Source: an uncultured bacterium (lineage in GTDB: Bacteria > Verrucomicrobiota > Verrucomicrobiia > Limisphaerales > UBA8199). From it: DNA of 64,000 nucleotides. How positions within the stretch are numbered: position 1 is the stretch's first letter; the number at the start of each line of letters is the position of its first letter. This document shows, piece by piece, positions 61,096-64,000 of the stretch. The stretch is from NCBI GenBank assembly GCA_963749495.1, contig CAVVMW010000001.1:704001-768000 (forward strand), given 5' to 3'. Position numbers and translations under genes: made by a program. Below the pieces are notes generated by a model, which was not told the origin of the DNA, ran no database searches, and was given only the letters and a program-made list of their open reading frames with translations.

Positions 61096-62562
61096 ATGAA
61101 GCAGCAGCAGACAGACCCCGCCGCCGCCACGCTCCACCCCTGGCGGGTGAGCCGGCCCCCATTCCGGGCGCAGCCCCCGGGCGCGCTCGGCAATTGGGAG
61201 TGGGACCTTGCCACGGGCATAATCGCGTGGTCGGATGAGGTCTATCGCATGTTCGGGTTCGATCCGCGGCAATTTCAGCCCACTCATCAGAACTTCCTGT
61301 CGCGCGTTCACCCGGAGGATCAGTCGGTCTTCGAGGGCGCGCTGGAGGATGCCTTGAACGGGCGCCGCCCCTACGCGCTGGAGTTTCGCATCCGGGCGAG
61401 CGATGGGACGGTGCGAGTGGTTCGTTCGCAGGGGGCCGTGATTGCCAACGAGGCGGGCCGGCCCGTGCGCATGTTCGGCACGGCCCAGGATGTGACGCGG
61501 CGCCAATGGGCCGAGGAGGCGCTGCGCACCTCCGAGCAACGGCTGCGCATTCTCTTCGAGTATGCCCCGGACGCCTACGTTCTCTGCGACACCCAAGGCC
61601 GGTTCGTGGATGTCAACCGGGCCGCCGAGGACATCAGTGGCTATGGGCGGGAGGAACTGATCGGCAAGAGTCTCTTCCAGTTGGACTTGCTCTCCCCGGC
61701 AGAGCGCGCCAAGGCCGCCGCGCACGTGGGGCAGTTGAGGCAGGGTCAGGCCGTGGGCCCGCATGAGATCACCTTTCGCCGCAAAGACGGGAGTGGGCGG
61801 ACCGTCGAAATCCGCTGCTACCCGGCGCAGGTCGACGGCCAGGTGCTCGTGCTGGGCATAGCGCGGGATGTCACGGAGCGGCACCGCGCCGAAGAGGCCG
61901 TGCAACAGCTCTCCGCCCAATTGTTGAGCCTGCAAGACGAAGAACGCCGGCGAGTGGCCCGTGAAATCCACGACTCGACCGCGCAGAAGCTGGCGGGTTT
62001 GATGCTGGCGCTGGGGGGCCTGGAGGACGCTGCCGCAGCGCCGGCGTTGCGGAGGCTCGCGGCGGAGGCCCAGGCGCTGGCCGGCGAGTGCGCGCAGGAA
62101 CTGCGGACCCTTTCCCATCTCCTGCACCCGCCCCTGCTGGAGGAACTCGGGTTGGGCGTGGCCCTGGACACTTATGTCACCGGCTTCAGCAAGCGCAGCG
62201 GCATCGAGGTTCTTTTGGATGTGCCTGCGGGCCTGGTCGGACTGCCTGCGGCAGCGGAGTTGGCGCTGTTTCGCATCGTGCAGGAGGGCCTGGGCAACAT
62301 TCTGCGCCACTCGGGCAGCCGCAGCGCCCGGGTGCACCTGACCCAGTTCAAAGAGCGCCTTGTCCTGGAAATCTGCGATGATGGCCGCGGCATCCCCGCC
62401 GAGCGCCTGCGCCAGGTCCGCGAGCACGCGTCCGCCTGCGGCGTGGGCATCGCCGGCATGCAGCAACGCCTCAAACAACTGGGAGGCGAACTGGAAATTG
62501 ATTCGACTCGCGCCGGCGTGACGGTCCGGGCCACCTTGCCTCGCCATGAGCGTGCCGGCTGA
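61096..62562 (+). CDS. PAS-PAS sensor histidine kinase (HisKA_3)
   Basis: GNWEWD, RVHPED, ERRRVAREIHDS, FRIVQEGLGN, DDGRG, GIAGM. Confidence 0.92.
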   Translation: MKQQQTDPAAATLHPWRVSRPPFRAQPPGALGNWEWDLATGIIAWSDEVYRMFGFDPRQFQPTHQNFLSRVHPEDQSVFEGALEDALNGRRPYALEFRIRASDGTVRVVRSQGAVIANEAGRPVRMFGTAQDVTRRQWAEEALRTSEQRLRILFEYAPDAYVLCDTQGRFVDVNRAAEDISGYGREELIGKSLFQLDLLSPAERAKAAAHVGQLRQGQAVGPHEITFRRKDGSGRTVEIRCYPAQVDGQVLVLGIARDVTERHRAEEAVQQLSAQLLSLQDEERRRVAREIHDSTAQKLAGLMLALGGLEDAAAAPALRRLAAEAQALAGECAQELRTLSHLLHPPLLEELGLGVALDTYVTGFSKRSGIEVLLDVPAGLVGLPAAAELALFRIVQEGLGNILRHSGSRSARVHLTQFKERLVLEICDDGRGIPAERLRQVREHASACGVGIAGMQQRLKQLGGELEIDSTRAGVTVRATLPRHERAG

Positions 62563-63214
62563 AACGCTCAGGGTCCTGGTCGCCGATGACCATGCCGTGG
62601 TCCGCGACGGGGTGCGCCGCCTCATCGAGACGCAGCCGGGTTGGCGCGTGGTGGGGGAGGCGGCCACCGGCCGGGAGGCCGTCGCTCTGGCCCAACAACT
62701 GCGGCCGCACGTCGTGGTGCTGGACTTCACCATGCCCGAGCTCAATGGCCTGGAGGCGACACGCCAGATCCGCCGGGCCCTGCCGGAGACCGAGGTGCTG
62801 GTGATGACGGTACACGATTCCGAGAGGCTGGCCCAGCAGTTCCTGGATGCGGGCGCGCGCGGCTACGTGCTCAAGAGCGACGCGCGCAGTCATCTTCTGG
62901 CCGCCCTGCAGGCCATGGCTAAGCACCAAACCTACTTCACGCCCAAAGTCTCCGATCTCATCCTCAGGCGGTTCCTGGAATCCAGGACCGGCGCCGACGC
63001 CCAGGGCCTGCCCTTCGAACATCTCACCTCCCGCGAAAGAGAAGTGCTCCAGCTCGTGGCCGAAGGCCGCACCACCAAGGAAATCGCCGCCATTCTGGGC
63101 CTGAGCGCCAAAACCGTGGAAGTCCATCGCGCCAACCTCATGAGCAAGCTCAATCTCCACTCCGTCGCCGACCTCGTCCGCTATGCCGTGCGGAACCAGA
63201 TCATCGAGCCGTGA
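62546..63214 (+). CDS. NarL/LuxR response regulator
   Basis: VADDH, LDFTMPELNG, LTSREREVL, KTVEVHRANLMSKL. Confidence 0.95.
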   Translation: MSVPAETLRVLVADDHAVVRDGVRRLIETQPGWRVVGEAATGREAVALAQQLRPHVVVLDFTMPELNGLEATRQIRRALPETEVLVMTVHDSERLAQQFLDAGARGYVLKSDARSHLLAALQAMAKHQTYFTPKVSDLILRRFLESRTGADAQGLPFEHLTSREREVLQLVAEGRTTKEIAAILGLSAKTVEVHRANLMSKLNLHSVADLVRYAVRNQIIEP

Positions 63215-63635
63215 GCCGGGCCTGCTCGAAAAGCCGGGCGGAGGGAAGACTTTGTCGCAACCTTTGTCGAGGCGGCCATTTTCGACAAAGTCGGCCGAGA
63301 GGGTCCGGGATTCGAGCCCTGCGACGCGGCCTGGCTAAGGATTGATCCTGCCGCAGATTACGGGCAAGCACCTATTGCCAGGGGCCCCAATTCCTGCTGA
63401 ACTGGCGCCATGCTGTTAGCCTGGTGGCAGCCCGGCCAGGGCCGGGCAAAGGGCGCTCTCCAGTGAGGGCACCCGCGCCGAGAGGGGCGGACATCACGCT
63501 GTGCGATTGGCAGTGGCAGGCAACCATCCATTGCGCTGCTGAGCGCAATTTTGGCGCATCCGATTGTTACTCATAGTCTGTAGAAGCGCGGAGCGCAGGG
63601 TTTAGGATGAAGCACATAGTCAAGCATTAATCCCT

Positions 63636-64000
63636 ATGGCCGAAGTCATGCGAGAATTCGGGGCCTTGGTTCGCAAGCACCGCCAACGGTTGGGGATGTC
63701 GCAAGAGACCCTGGCCGAGCGGGCCGAGATGCACCGCACCTACATTACGAGCGTGGAATTGGGCGGGCGCAACCTCTCGCTGGAGAGCATTTGCAAACTG
63801 GCCCGGGCCCTCAACGTCTCGCTGAGCGCCCTCTTCGCCCAGGTCGAGGCCGGGCCAGGTTCCGGGGCCCCCGCCTCGCGCCGGGCGCATTCCGTCGTCG
63901 ATATCCTGCTGGTGGAGGACGACCCCAGGGACGTGGAACTAACGCTGGCGGCCTTCATAGAGGCCGGACTGACCAACCGCATCCACGTGGTTCGCGACGG
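63636..64000 (+). CDS. XRE HTH fused to receiver domain (runs off window)
   Basis: Translated by hand: SQETLAERAEMHRTYITSVELGGRNLSL, then ILLVEDDPRDVEL. Confidence 0.85.
   Translation, partial: MAEVMREFGALVRKHRQRLGMSQETLAERAEMHRTYITSVELGGRNLSLESICKLARALNVSLSALFAQVEAGPGSGAPASRRAHSVVDILLVEDDPRDVELTLAAFIEAGLTNRIHVVRD

Overview
GC-rich bacterial window, probably Verrucomicrobiota (inferred from a TIGR02999-type ECF sigma/Ser-Thr kinase pair, an H-X9-DG prepilin and the IF-2 N-terminus). Housekeeping blocks are gatB, gatA, nusA-infB-rbfA-nrnA, lpxK-lpxL-waaF, gmhA and hemW. They are interleaved with accessory DNA, about ten families of palindromic REP/MITE-like elements and many 7-bp tandem repeats. 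Single-base frameshifts in several essential genes look like sequencing errors. Main highlights: (1) a glgA gene translationally coupled to a full homologue of plant phosphoglucan water dikinase (PWD/GWD3), with a TIM barrel where plants have CBM20, followed by a second TIM-barrel gene, i.e. a candidate bacterial glucan-phosphorylation system. (2) A 3.1-kb IS1-like transporter element (18-bp TIRs, 8-bp TSD) carrying a truncated transposase, passenger ORFs, a tRNA-Val-like RNA and an outward promoter aimed at higBA. (3) Integrase-free cassettes bounded by duplicated gene 3' ends (ROK once; nrnA twice, with the same breakpoint codon). (4) One such cassette encodes a catalytically degenerate dCTP-deaminase domain fused to a coiled coil and a transmembrane helix. 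Family assignments are by motif recognition only; no searches were run.
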